From: Trichoplax sp. H2
Lineage: Eukaryota
DNA length: 64,000 nucleotides
Direction: 5' to 3'
NCBI GenBank assembly: GCA_003344405.1
Contig: NOWV01000235.1
Coordinates: forward strand, 1-64,000
Within the stretch, counting starts at the first letter, position 1. The number at the start of each line of letters is the position of its first letter. The translations under genes and the position numbers were made by a program. Of this stretch, positions 15,452 to 28,867 are shown one piece after another. A model generated the notes under the pieces. The model saw nothing but the letters and a program-made list of their open reading frames with translations. It searched no databases and was not told the DNA's origin.

Positions 15452-18400
15452 CTAATCTATAGCAGCAGCTTGTTGCTTTCTCCTAATATAAAATAAAAGT
15501 CAAGAAATGAAACAGGATCATTCGCAAGATTACGCCTGAATACAATACCGTTTCCGATAAGTGAATAATCGCATTACAAGAAAAGTTCGGAATGTACTTA
15601 ACAATATTTTAGACAAAGAATATACTACATAATCTATTCATTTTATTAAATTAGCATAGTATTATCTTGATATTATCTCAATCAGTGTAGATTGAAAATG
15701 CGTAACTATATGCAATAAATATTCCTTATAGATTTAACTTTGTCCGTTAGCTTCCAAGTAGTATGTTAAAGCGGAATATTTTTCATATTTTTAATTAGCG
15801 ACAGCTCAACCTTAATTATTCTTAAAGTGCTGGTAAAGTACACATTTTTACTAGGCCAAAATGGCTACATTTTATAAATAGTAGGACAATTAAATGTTTC
15901 TATATATGGCTATACTGCCTAGTAATGTGAAATACTACCTTTTTATCCTTGCACACTTTGGACAGCTATCCAAAGTGGCTTTACATCTTTTATGGTAGCA
16001 GGTATGACAATCTAAGCAAATACAAGATAAAAATATTAATAATATTAACTGTCTTATTAAGCATATAAACTGATACATTTATATCAAGATAAAATACTAG
16101 TTATTAAATACTTTACCATCGCATTGATAACAAGTAAGTATTTCAAAAGGATAGATAAGAGTTTCGCTCTTGCATATTTCGCATATGAAACCTTTCAGAC
16201 GGCATAGCTTTATTTTGATAATACGGTAAAGGAAATTATAATTATCAGACAAGATTTGATCACTTACGCTTAAGTCATTAAAGTATATGCAGTAAATTGA
16301 TTTACCTGACATTGTGAGATATGAGCCGCGTTGGCTATTACGTATGGCTCCAAGATGGCATTAAGTTCTTTCTTTTTTACCTGTAATTAGTATATTATTT
16401 CGGTTACATTTAAAGCAACGGATATAGAATTTAGCAACAGTAACTATATTAAATAATTCATTTTAGTTCTTACACTCATAAAATCATGCATGGAATATAC
16501 ATGTGGTTGATCGATGATATGAAGAGGTAGCTTCTCTAGTCTTTCCAGCAATCCTTTCGATGATCCACAAGTAGAGATATATTTCTTGAGGTGAAATAGT
16601 TGTATTCTCAGTTCCTTAATTATATATTAACCAATAGTTGTCATCAACGTTATTATTGACATAGATATTTTATTACATGATTTTTTAATTCTAATTTAAG
16701 CAGGTAAGCAAAGCTGACCTTTACAGTATTTAGAGTTTTCTTCTTGTATAACGATTGATTAATATCCATCACGTTAAATAATGGATCATGATGCATTTTA
16801 GTTAATAATTCACGCGCCATATTGGAAACAGGAAACTTAGTAAAGTCCCATTTTTGAATCACATGCCCTGGTATTATCGCAGTAGCATTTCCATGACATG
16901 TGTGACAGAAATATTTACCAAAATATTCGCAATAACGAAAACGCTTAGAATAACCTATAATATGATATTCGATATAATATTAGAATAACAACTTGAATGG
17001 CATTAGTATTAGTTTTTCAATATCAAAACTAGAGTCATATGCCTTTATCAACTTTCATTCCACAACCAGCACATCGATAATTTGCCTGTGCAATAACTGT
17101 CTTTCGTCTATATAAGAAGATATTAGAGATATCATATTATTAACTGTTTTTAATTGAATGCTTTAAAGGGATGATAAAAACGTTTGCAATAATCTTACTT
17201 TGTCTGAGGATGAATAATAAATATTATTTGCTGTCTTGGTGGAGCCCATTCTAGGTTTCCACGAATTCGTGGCTGATGTACACATAATTATCAAATGAAT
17301 TGAAGTAGATTAATTGTTCCTATACATCTATGTATGACAGTAACCACTTACAGTAGATTGTTCCATTGATTCAGTTAACGTTGAATTGGTCGCTGATTCA
17401 CTTGATAAAACTGGATTAGGTAAAAGCTCCTGTGGCACTTCAGTATCTGATATTAATAAATTGGTATCGGCTGCAGGTTTATCGGAGTATTGCTTCGCAA
17501 CACTTGCCAATAGTGATCTCGCCAAATACTCAGCGGAATTTGTATCGTTACCGCTATATGTTAGAATTTCGTAATGGCATTTATTATGATTATTTTCTTG
17601 GAAGTAAGGAAAAAAAAGACGTGAATGCTTACACATAATTTAAATAATCGTTTACCTTTCCTTACTTTCCGTTTGGATATACTGGCTATACGAATCATAA
17701 GATTCTGCAAAAGATAAAACAGCAGCCAAAAAAAGCTTGAGTACTTCCATAAATTATCAACATAGTAAAGAGTTTACTCAGTCCTTAATTCTACTAACTT
17801 TTCCGTGTAAGGGTGTTACTTCTGGATACTTTTAGTTCATCGATAGTAGAATTAACTGTAGACTCATTTACATTCGATAAATCTAACGAAAAGTCATAAG
17901 AAGAGAGAGCTCTGCGGTAAATAAATTATTATTCTAGCGTAGTAATAAAATAAACTAGCTTCTGATAATTAAGACTAAATAATAATATTTAGAATTATCG
18001 TACCTTCCCAGCTATTAGAAATGACATCAGCTACATTAAAAACAATAAATGATTAAATATATGATTCTTTTGATATCTGCATCTTCTATTTAAATCACAT
18101 GAAAGGAAAACATGGCAGTAGCTATTACTGCAGTACCTGAATCATTCTTTCCAAGTTGAGAAACCTGTAATGATAAAATAGTTTTACTACTGACATAAAA
18201 CTGTATTACTGTCTATCTAGTACACATTACCTCATCACCAGAACTTTCGTCTTCTACTTCTTCATTAAATGTACAATCGAGAGGTTCTAAAATTTTCTGA
18301 CATCGAATCTGAAGGAATAGAATCATTCACTATGATAAATTTGTTCATTCTGAGGATAAGGCTATATTATTAGTAAAAAAATGCAGGTCGTAGAATGATC

Positions 18401-21400
18401 CTTCATTTTAAAATATGCACTCATGCAATTAAGAACATCCCCCAATAGCTAACCGCTTCAATGTGCGTTATGACGGATTCAGCTAAGGATATATGAGCAT
18501 TTTCCTATTTAAAAAATAAATTTCAATAATACGTTAGTTACATAATATTGTAGCTGAAAACAATCAATTCTATTAGAATTATGATATAATTATTGTGCTA
18601 ACGAAGTAACTAAGTCTGCATACTCGTTCTAATTCTTCAGTTGATGCAATATCTGATAACATTGCAATGTCTCGGACTATATCTGATAATTCTCTATCAA
18701 CGGGGTTGCTGGGCTGTTGTGATGATATAGATATTTTTCTATTTTCTGTAAGATAAAGTCATTATTAATGCACAAAAATATAATATTTTATAAGGGATCA
18801 GATAACAGTTATCCCTAAAGAGGTAAGATGAATCGAAATTTTAACCAGTTCACTTTTTATAAACTTATTCATTAAGTAGTGTATATGAAAGAGGCAAGCA
18901 TCTTATAGAGCAAAATGTAGGGCTTTAACAGTTAATATGAGATGCTTATCCAAATACTATTCTTAGGTACTACAGATAAAATACTTTACACACTTTTCTA
19001 TGAAGAGCAGAGGACAATATCAAAAGCGCAACATAGAACGTAAAATTGCATTCTTTAATAGTAACTATCGACTATGCAAGATGAAATCCAATTTAAATCA
19101 ACAGTCAATATTGTCAACTCGTAGGGTTAATGTAATCTGAAAGCCGACTATGTATAACATATGCCAACGAAGAATCGCATTGCCGTACGAACAGCACTCG
19201 GTACGTCGAAACGCAGATAATATAACATTAATACATATTTCCTAGACTGAAACATATGGTGGGTTGATAGATGAAATACGTATTCGATTTATGTTCATTA
19301 CACAAGCAAATTATGTATTACAGGAAGGAGTCAAGTTTATAGATAGTTATGTAGTAATTATAAAACTTTTTAGAAGCAGTGTACAACACTCACGATGTAC
19401 ATGCACGTAGGTTGACGATATTAATAAAACATACTTCCTTTCTTTTGCTTGGGTGATATTTCGCTGTTTATGTTTAATTCTCGAGATGTTTTATCTTGGC
19501 TGGTTAAATCATCAGTATTCTCGAAAGCTATGTTGGAAGATTGGAGTACTGGACTACGGGCAACAATATCTTTATGTGATAAAAGTTTATCTGAAGTTAC
19601 TTTAACATTAAACTGAAATTGACTACGATCACTAGCGTTGTTTTCAAACGTAGGTGAAAAAATATCATCCAAATTTGTTTCATCAGAAGAACTTCCAGAT
19701 GTGAATAATTTTCTTTTGTTTTCAGTACGATTACTATGAATTGGATTCGTAAAATTTCCAACCTTGGTTAATTCATGGAGTTTGCGTTGGTTGTTACTGG
19801 TTGTAATTTTAGTTACTTTAATTGGAGTGCTATCATGTTGTACAGCTTGCAAGGGATCACCAGATGTTAAAGGATCAATTGCATGATAATTGGAAAGATT
19901 TACTGGTAATTGATTATAATTATTATTGTCATTTTCTTCATCATTGGATTTAGTTGATAGCAAACGCATAAGCTGGGACTCAAGTGATCCCGGTAAACTG
20001 CTGTCTTCGTCTAAACCTGTACTAACAGAGGCTGATAAAGGTGTATATGCATCTGCTTGATTTGGCGTCAACGAACGATGAAAATTTATTACTCGATTTC
20101 GACCGTTATTACTGCATGTGTCTTGGGACAAATTATAGATATTCCATGGTTGACTTTTCGAACGAGTTTTTAGTATACCATCGGGCAATGGTACATCTAC
20201 TTCGTTTTCTTCTTCAGCTATAGTATAGGACTGCTGAATTGACGATGATAGTCCAGAGAGTTCCTGAGGACGATTAAAAACGCTGCGTTTACGCTGCCTG
20301 CACTCCTTTCCTTTATCGCTGGAGTTGTCTAAGGTTGTCGAATTTAAGCTAGGATCGGTCTCATCTAATATGGAAGAGTTTTGAGGTTGTGATTGATGTC
20401 TTTTCAAATTTGAATTAGCAATCTGATGTCCATTGTCATAACTGAAGCTTCTTCGCATATATAAACTGCCTGATTGCACTGGTTGACTAGAACTTAATAA
20501 TGAAAATTGAGAAGAAGTTGGGAAAGTCTCTTGGCTACTATGGAAGGATAAATTCGGTGTAGATAGATTGTTGACATTTTCTAGTTGTTTTCTTAACTGC
20601 AGACATATTATGGAACATGATTAATTCGATAGCATTTATTATATTTTGATAGAAAGGACGATGGATCAAAAATAACTTTAACCAGCTGAATAATATTGAC
20701 AAGGAATATTTTACTTACTTGCGCTGGATTAACTTCTGCTAAGATCGCGGGATCACTACGTTCGACAGCTTCTAGGCACCTTTGTAAAGCTTCTCGACAG
20801 AAATTGCTGCGTAAAAATGCACCCTCTATTGACAATAGTTGTACAAAATATATGGAAACATAACAAACTCCAAGTTAGAATTAAGAATGAATTGATTGAC
20901 CAATTGCAATTTCAGTAAGCCTGGGTAAATGATTACAACCGATTGTAACAAATGATTAACCTGCATAAAACAGACATAGTTCGGTTTGATGCAAAGATAA
21001 TTCATAAATGGACTTGCTCAGGCAATGATTTGATAGAGAAAATTCTAGCCATATACGAGATGGACACTCTTGGGCTTCAATTTTGTCATGCTGTGCTTTA
21101 CCAGTATTTAACTCGATTAAGGATGCTTTACATAGTTGTTGAATAACGGGCCAGAAATTGCCGCCACCAACCTAACATCATTACAGATAGTCAATTGTTG
21201 TTGTTATGGTACGTGTCTATTGCAATTTACTAGTCGTAGTAGTGGCGAGATATCTGATAGCAGTTTCAAGTAGAAGGTTACTGCAATAGCAAATTTGAAA
21301 CATTCGCATTTTTTTTTACGATGTTCCAATTTGGATAACATCAATACAATGTGGTACTATAAAGTCAATGCTATTTATACTGTAAATTGGCTGCATGTTA

Positions 21401-23116
21401 TGATTCTTACTTCAAGACTGTATCAGCATTGGCCACCTCAATCAAGTGCAATTATTATTTGATTTAGACTATCCATCAGTACTGAAAATATCAACCGGTT
21501 ATCACAGCCTTAAATCGTCATAACAATAATAACTATCAACGATGGCTGTGAATGAATACTATGTTAAACAAGCGTTGCTAATGTCATACAGTCTGCCAAT
21601 AGCAACAACACAGATGTCTTTCGAGTGAGAAAGAAGCTTGGCAGGTATACATAGGAAAGATTACCAGTGATAAAGTCAAGATGATGGCATACGTCTAGGT
21701 AGATGTACGCTATATATGTTTCTGTATCAATGATCAATACTCGTCTAAGATTGTAGATATTACAATCCTTTGGCCTTGGCTTATTTGTGTATGTACATTG
21801 AGTGTACCGAGTGTGCACTACACTGTACATCTATGGCCTATAAATACTGTCGTAAGTCTAGGGATATCTCAGATTTACATAGGTATATTGCAAACTAGCA
21901 TGATAATACAGTATTATTTTACTAGCAGGTACGTCTATTTTAATTATCACAGGGGACAATGATACTGCAGATTGATAGTATGGTAGTTATAACTGGTATG
22001 TTTGACTTTATACTTTGTTGATGGAAAGAAATGATACCTGTTTGGGTATCAACAGACACACGATATTGTATCCAATTAAGAACAGGTTTCCATTGATGGA
22101 ATCATACAAATTGATTGATGTACTATAGGATATGTCATCAGTGAACGAAGTCAACGATTAGAAATTACTTTCGGTTCGATTGTAGACTCGCCTACAGCAT
22201 AAGACGTCCATTTTCCTAGAACTGACTATGCTATTACAATCAATACACTCCATGTATTCCATATTCTCCAGTGGATGAATTGCAGCTTATTGACACGCTC
22301 GATTGGTATATTGCATCCAATGCCATACTAGGCGTTATTCTTGACAGTTTGATGCAGTATGATTGGGCCCAAATTATAATCACAAGATTAATTATTAAGG
22401 TGTCCGGGCTTGGAGCGAGATGAGATCAAGTAACTTCTCAAGTCAATGGATTCAACATAATTTATAAACATTGACAATTTTTACTAGGAGATAATGATGT
22501 TGAAGCCTCGATCCCATCGGTATGGTCTAGTAGAAGTGTTTGTAGTGTAAGGCTTTACTCGATATTGATGTGCAAGCATATGAAATCGATGCAAGATTAC
22601 TTTAATTCAATCGTGCTCACAATGAAATCGATTAGTACTACTACAGTAATATCAGGCACAACATCATCATCCATTGTTGATTAGTAAAGTCAATGAAATG
22701 GAATGTTGATCCCTAACTGTCTCAAGTATGACATGATAAACCAGTGGAATGGCATCATGATTATAACGTATTACAACATGGTGAAAGTATTGTCAACATC
22801 ATCCAATACAAACAGCATAGTTTAGCTGTAGTCTAATCTGGTGAAATGCCTATCAGCTTAACCACTATTCTCTATAAGGGTAGACTGTATCGTGTATAGA
22901 AGAGTAGTGTCCATGTTGTTTACGCGTGGAATACTGAGTCTTTCTTACTTGTAATTGATGCTGAAATAAATCTTGTATATTATCTGATAGACGTTTTAAG
23001 CCACCATAAGTGGAAAAGATATTGCAATGATCAGATGATAATAGGCTTTCCACCGTATTTTTCACGCGAACAAGCAGAGAATAACATTGCTTGTTGGCAT
23101 AATGTTGAGCCGCCAT
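15452..23116 (-). CDS. RUBCN: Rubicon (RUN domain and Cys-rich domain Beclin 1-interacting protein), 20 coding exons, ~1035 aa
   Basis: Exons (minus strand): 23116-22949, 21171-20961, 20825-20719, 20596-19435, 18745-18624, 18504-18454, 18308-18231, 18164-18137, 18030-18004, 17882-17799, 17704-17666, 17596-17352, 17272-17199, 17107-17043, 16954-16719, 16614-16474, 16380-16306, 16207-16117, 16011-15939, 15482-15452 (3108 nt, open frame). Rubicon-type motifs: [16 protein letters not shown] (RUN), [94 protein letters not shown]. The small middle exons and the last exon are less certain than the gene identity. Confidence 0.9.
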
Positions 23117-23659
23117 CTTGCCATTCTCCAAGTCAGTCAGTCAGTGTCTATGGTGTCGTTTGCCAGTGCCGATCACAGTCCTATGACCAACATGACGATG
23201 ACAAGTGTACCCAGTACGGTGTCCACTTGTCAGTTGATGCGCAGATGACGTCAACAAGGTTTACTACAGTACAGTATCGTCGTTGTACTGTACACTGTAC
23301 AACACATGACTGTACTCCCCGTCTTCATGGTTGATAACAAGCCTTCTGAACAAGCTTGCCACTAAAGCACAAGGTATTCGAACATAGCCGTGTATTCCAG
23401 CTGATGACCATGGCCAAGATGTCCATTATTGGCAAAAAGGATGTCACCGTGAATGAATTTTGTCAGAGAATTTTTGGACAGACAGATTACAGTACTGTCC
23501 TCTACAGTGTACACTGTACAGTACTGTAGAACGAGCGTGGTGTCTACTGCGCATGTGGAGTCCAGTACAACCTGGAACGGAACAGAAAGAGTGTGCTTGC
23601 TTACTGTATCTGCTGGTACTGTAGCTGAGCATGTGCAATGGTGAAATGTGCATGCGTAC

Positions 23660-24140
23660 CGCACTGTACTGTTTTGTGTATCATTGAAATAGGCCATCTC
23701 TCCGTCTCTCCGTTCCTTTCCTGGGGTATACACTATACAACTGTACAGTACAGTATAGCGTTATTATCTTCCCTTTCAGTTTGTCCTATACAGTACAGTA
23801 CACTGTACACTCAGTGTACAGTACTGTGCTATTCTGTGTATCATAGAAATAGGCAATCTCGCCGTTCCTTTCCTGGGGTATACTGTACACTGTACAGCGT
23901 TATTACCTTCCCTTTCAGTTCGTACTACTGTATACTGTACACTAGTATACTGTACTGTGCTATTCTGTCTATCATTGAAATAGGCAATCTCTCCGTTCCT
24001 TTCCTGGGGTATACGTCGTACTGTACACTGTACAGTACGACGTTATTATCTTCCCTTGCAGTTTGTACAGTACTATGCTGTTCTGTGTATCATTGAAATA
24101 CTGTAGGCAATCTCTCCGTTCCGTTCCTTTCCTGGGTACA
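23660..24140. repeat. Four-copy imperfect tandem repeat (unit about 118-160 bp)
   Basis: Anchor TCAT(T/A)GAAATA..GGCAATCTC..CCGTTCCTTTCCTGGG recurs at 23681, 23841, 23972 and 24090; the length differences lie in TACAG/CTGTA-rich tracts. Confidence 0.9.
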
Positions 24141-24145
24141 GTATA

Positions 24146-24175
24146 CAGTACAGTACAGTACAGTACAGTACAGTA
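24146..24175. repeat. (CAGTA)6 microsatellite
   Basis: Six perfect CAGTA units with degenerate flanks. Confidence 0.92.
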
Positions 24176-24177
24176 TA

Positions 24178-24410
24178 GTACTGTACACTGTACAGTACGC
24201 TATTGTCGATTTTCTTGTAGTTAGCTCAGCCACCTCAGCCCATTCCAGGGACTTCAAGAGAAATTCTTCTTACAGTACTCAATATGGAAAGTATACAGTA
24301 CCCAATAAACTGGAATTGTACTGTACACTGTACACTATTGTCGATTTTCTAGTAGTTAGCTCAGCCACCTCAGCCCATTCCAGCGACTTGAAGAGAAATT
24401 CTTCTTACTC
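24178..24410. repeat. Two-copy direct repeat (~135-bp period)
   Basis: CTATTGTCGATTTTCT..AGTTAGCTCAGCCACCTCAGCCCATTCCAG..AAGAGAAATTCTTCTTAC starts at 24200 and at 24335. Confidence 0.9.
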
Positions 24411-26770
24411 AAGCCTACAGTCTTCAGTAGATATAAACTGTACTCTACTTTAAATCAACTTTTGTGATATTACATCCTTCGTTGATATGAAATAGGAAAG
24501 TAGTAATATTGACTAAACCTTCATCTACCAGCACATAGAATATAAAATCATTTTAATTGCAATAACGCAAGTCGATTTTCGACATCGAAATTCGAAAACG
24601 AAGGTAAACATGCTGTACTTGAACATTCGCTCGATCTATCCAAGCGATCAATGAATACGTCCATTGGTGTATCAACATGAACACCAGATTAATGACAATA
24701 ACAGCGCCATCAGATCTTCCAGCTATCTTTGAGATGACAGTATGTGCCTAGCTAATGGACGTCTTTTACGAACAAATGAAGACCACTTTTTCAGTTCGTT
24801 AATCGCTTAGCTGGTCAACTAGTTTGTCAATTGCTATTCAATTGTCAAGACGATAATCTTTGGTGGTGATTAACATTTCTTCAGTAATAAATAGTAGTCA
24901 ATCTCGGACTATCTCGTTTACACTATCGTTGACGCCATCATTATACCATAGTATTCGGTTGTTGGAACTGAATGATAGAGTGATAGAGCGAATCTTGCCT
25001 CTAGAAGTTAGGCGTTCTTCATAAACATTGGCGTGTCTAGACTACTTTGTCTGTAGTGGCGTATCACACATAGAAATCACCTTCGACTTATTGCATGGCA
25101 AAGTGTATCTGCAATGATAATAAATCACAGTAAACCTTTGCATTATCTTCACCGTGCTATTGATAGATTAGTATACACTATTTCTTTCACGGTATACAGT
25201 GGGTCTTACAAATACAGCCAGCTAGTCATGATGCCCTTACCAAGCAGTCAAGAAGCTACGGTAGGACAAGTCTGCTTTAGTCGTCTCTCCAATTCGCAAA
25301 TCTTCATCACGCCTACAGTACTGTACCTACTGTTCCACTAGTATGCCACTTAGACCAATATTGTGATATATACTGTACTAGACGATTATACGAGTATTAA
25401 CTGCGCTCTCGTAAAGATTACTTGTCTGCCTCCAACTACCCCACGAAAGAAGTTTCCTGCTATCGCTACTGGCCTGCCAATAATTGATTCAACGTTCAAC
25501 AACGAGCTTCCTCCTTAGGTACCATTAATATTCTTGGAAAGAAGATTGTGCTAATATTATATCAATTCGAATTGGTATTGCAATCTTAGTGTCCATCGTG
25601 ATGCTTAAAATGATATCTTAAACATGTTGTACAGCAAAGTCAACTCGATCTCTTTAATTAGAATGAATGGACTAGCTCAGGGACTAGCCAGTCAAAATTC
25701 CTTATTGCAAGAATAATTACTACCAATGCTATGAAGAAATAGGATATTTCAGTGGATTTCAATACTACAGAATGGAAAAGGATAGACGTTGCGTGATTTA
25801 GAACAGCTGATAACATTGCTAAGAAATACTGTGTTACATGAATAGGAGTTGAAACTTGGCGATATTTTGGTGCAACAGTAGAAAGTAGATAAAACGATCG
25901 TGCAACTGATCATCGCTCGATAAGATTAAATTCAGTTCAATAGCCTATTCTACAGTACTTCTGAAAACGAGTAGTTAGGATGATTTAGAATCTAGATCCG
26001 CTAGTTCATCAATTACGTTATACGGTTGCGGTAGAAATCGTATGTAGCGGAATTGTCAAGGGATAGTAGTCTGCAGCAACAAAATGAACTCTTGTATGTA
26101 TTTTTACTCCTCTACTATGGATGACATCCGAGAATCAGTTCAATTTAACAGTACTGTAGATAGTTGTCGACAAGAGCACTAAATTATCGATATTCGATTA
26201 ATCATTGATGCCGTTGCTCTCAGTAGCATTGTCGTTATGTTCACGCTGCAATATTTACTGATGCAATCCTACGATAGAATGAAGTAGGTTTACTGTAGAC
26301 TTCTCATCAATATTTAGATAAGGTTCCTTATCTTGACATATTAAGATGTTAGTAATGTCTTATTTCACTTCGCTTCCTTCATTTTCCTACACCAACATAG
26401 TATGATTGACTTAAACAGGTTATTGATGCTTAAGCGATACTTTTAAATCGATAAATTACTACAATGAAGGGCTCTGGAGTTAACGATAAGGCAGTGAGGA
26501 GGTTTACGATTTGGATTAGTTTGATCTTGTTACTCGTTGATAACATGTCCGTTTGCTAATAGTTTTGCGTTTATATCATTCGTCGATAGCTTTATGTTTT
26601 TCTGATTTAGTAAAATAGATTCAATCGCTGGATTTACATGTTTATCGTTATACTCTAATAACACAGTAGTAGTTATCATTTAAGTTAATTGAGTATAATA
26701 ATTTTTATAATATCCTTATCACTAATAATTGACTTGTGAATTGATTGTAGTAAAGGACCGTGAAACAGAA

Positions 26771-28867
26771 ATGTTACCTAAAATTACACACGTCATCTTT
26801 GACATGGATGGATTGCTATTAGGTAACGTAATTTTCATATGTGCTAATATTGCACATAAAATGCAGTAATTGCTAATATTAACTAGATATGAAAGAATCC
26901 GAATAGAACTTGTATTCCTTGCTGAACTCCAATTATGACATGATGGTGTTCTCCTATGCACCATCACACCTACGACTATAGTTTATTCTGATGATGTACT
27001 ACATTACGTTCAATGATAACAGCTCTCTTATTCTTAATTTTTACGCTAATATTTGTTATACAGAAGAGAGTTGCAGGCTATGATAGGATACCGTAAGGGA
27101 TTCGTGTATAAAAGAATGAGGCAATATTCAGCCTGATCGCAAAATATCTGTTAAATATTGAATAAACTTGAGTATTTTAGCATAATTTATAAATATTAGA
27201 TAAACTGGTGTATCCAGGTGAATTAGATGACCGGCCATAGTACTGCTTATTTAATTGCAAACTTGATAAGAAAACTAATCGTAGAATATTGACAATAGCA
27301 ATGATTACTTGTTTTGTACGTTATGATATAGTTTCTCAATAATACAGCAAGACTTCTGTTTCTTGTTGAACTTTATTTCATTAAAGCAGTTCTTTTACCC
27401 TATCTCTATAAATAGATGTTTATATTGTTTTTCAATTTAGCTTACATCATGATCTGTTTAGACGCATGCATTTGACTTGTTACAATCACAAGAAAAAAAC
27501 TTCTATTCAACCTGCATTGGGCATGTAATGGTAATAGCAAAAGTATTATTTTTAGAGATAAGTTGGCACTTTTACGTTATAACGCTAAGGCTTCAGTGTT
27601 TTGCATATTATTATACTTACTGTCATTGTTTTAGCTCTTGGGTTAATAAGTATTCAGTAAGCCAGCTCCAACATCACTAGATCAGTACGTTGGCTGGCTT
27701 AACCTTTTTGTAGCAACTACTTCAAATTTCATCATTTGCCCAAAAATAGGTTACTGACATATCTAGTATGATTAAGGAAATTATTGAACATACAATAAGA
27801 TTGCCCCAGTCGATCTAGCATACTACGAAAAATTCAAATTTTAATCATTTTTGTGACAAACGTTATAAAATAAAATTTGAGCTTATTGCTAGTGAGGTAC
27901 ATATATTAAATTTATTTTCCTGCCAATATATTGTAAATGCTTCGTTGGGTTTCATTTCCACTATTTATTGGAAACTGTGCCGCGTCGTGTAGAATATGCT
28001 TGTTATGAAATAAATAACTCAGGAAAAATTTTTCCGTGACTCATAATTATGATAGATTCAGAGAGAATTTATACTGAAGTTACGCAAGAAATTGCTCAGA
28101 GGTACGGTAAAAATTTTACTTGGGATATTAAAGTGCAATTAATGGGTAGAACTCAAGCAAAATCCAATGAGATAGCTTTGAAATTAATGGATCTGCCAAT
28201 GACACCAGAAGAGTATGCAACAGAAACTAGAAGACTTCAACAAGAAAAGTTTAAACATGTAGCTTTAATGCCTGGAGCGGAGCGCCTTGTTCGTCATTTA
28301 CATCGTCATGGAATACCTATATGCGTTGCCTCTGGTTCGGCCAAATATAATTATGATATTAAAGTTACTAATTATCAAGACCTATTTGGGTTATTTCATC
28401 ACGTAGTTCTGGGTTCTGATCCTGAAGTAAAGCGTTGCAAACCAGACCCTGATGCATTTCTTGTGGCAGCTTCTCGATTTGATAATCCTCCGGCTGATCC
28501 AGGTAACTTCTTATGATCAGTTGCATTTATCCCTAGCTTTAAATTTGCAGGATGATTTATAATGAATGTATTATTATACTTACGTGGATTGGCAGAGAAT
28601 TATACACGTTTTCGAATCCTAGTCTTTATCTTTTAAACTTGTTAACTTTGTATTTTATTGTTGTTTTCGACAATTTGTAAAGAAAATGTACTAGTATTTG
28701 AAGATGCCGTACATGGGGTTGCTGCTAGTTGTGCTGCCAAAATGCCCGTAGTGATGGTACCTGATCCGAGAATGGACCCCGAACATTTCAAGAAAGCAAC
28801 CCTCGTTCTGAAATCACTAGAAGAATTTAAACCAGAAGAATTTGGATTACCTCCGTTTGATGAATAG
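26771..28867 (+). CDS. PUDP: Pseudouridine-5'-phosphatase (HAD-like hydrolase, HDHD1/GS1 family), 3 coding exons, ~227 aa
   Basis: Exons 26771-26822 (MLPKITHVIFDMDGLLL, HAD motif I DxD), 28056-28502 (DSERIYTEV..LMPGAERLVRHL..ASGS..KPDPDAFL), 28683-28867 (VLVFEDA..PEEFGLPPF). All GT-AG, phase 1 junctions, 684 nt total. Confidence 0.92.

Larger units (their letters stand above)
23117..24610. promoter_or_regulatory. Probable bidirectional promoter region for RUBCN and PUDP
   Basis: Lies between head-to-head genes, has visibly higher GC/CpG than its flanks and is directly upstream of the Rubicon ATG (AAGATGGCG). A candidate PUDP 5'UTR donor (AAG|GTAAAC, 24604) and an acceptor 20 nt before the PUDP ATG (26750) are present. 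Function is inferred. Confidence 0.5.

Noticed and set aside
17386..17638. Plus-strand ORFs 17386-17574 and 17432-17638 (likewise 20041-20223 and 20952-21146)
   Set aside because: Antisense shadows of Rubicon exons.
23035..24096. Several overlapping ORFs rich in Cys/Thr/Val/Tyr (23035-23334, 23362-23733, 23444-23653, 23453-23644, 23638-24096)
   Set aside because: They are translations of the TACAGTA-rich repeats, open on both strands, with no recognisable domain.
23660..24410. Repeat-spacer-like appearance suggesting a CRISPR array
   Set aside because: The intervening sequences are themselves homologous, the units are long and variable, the context is eukaryotic and no cas genes are present.
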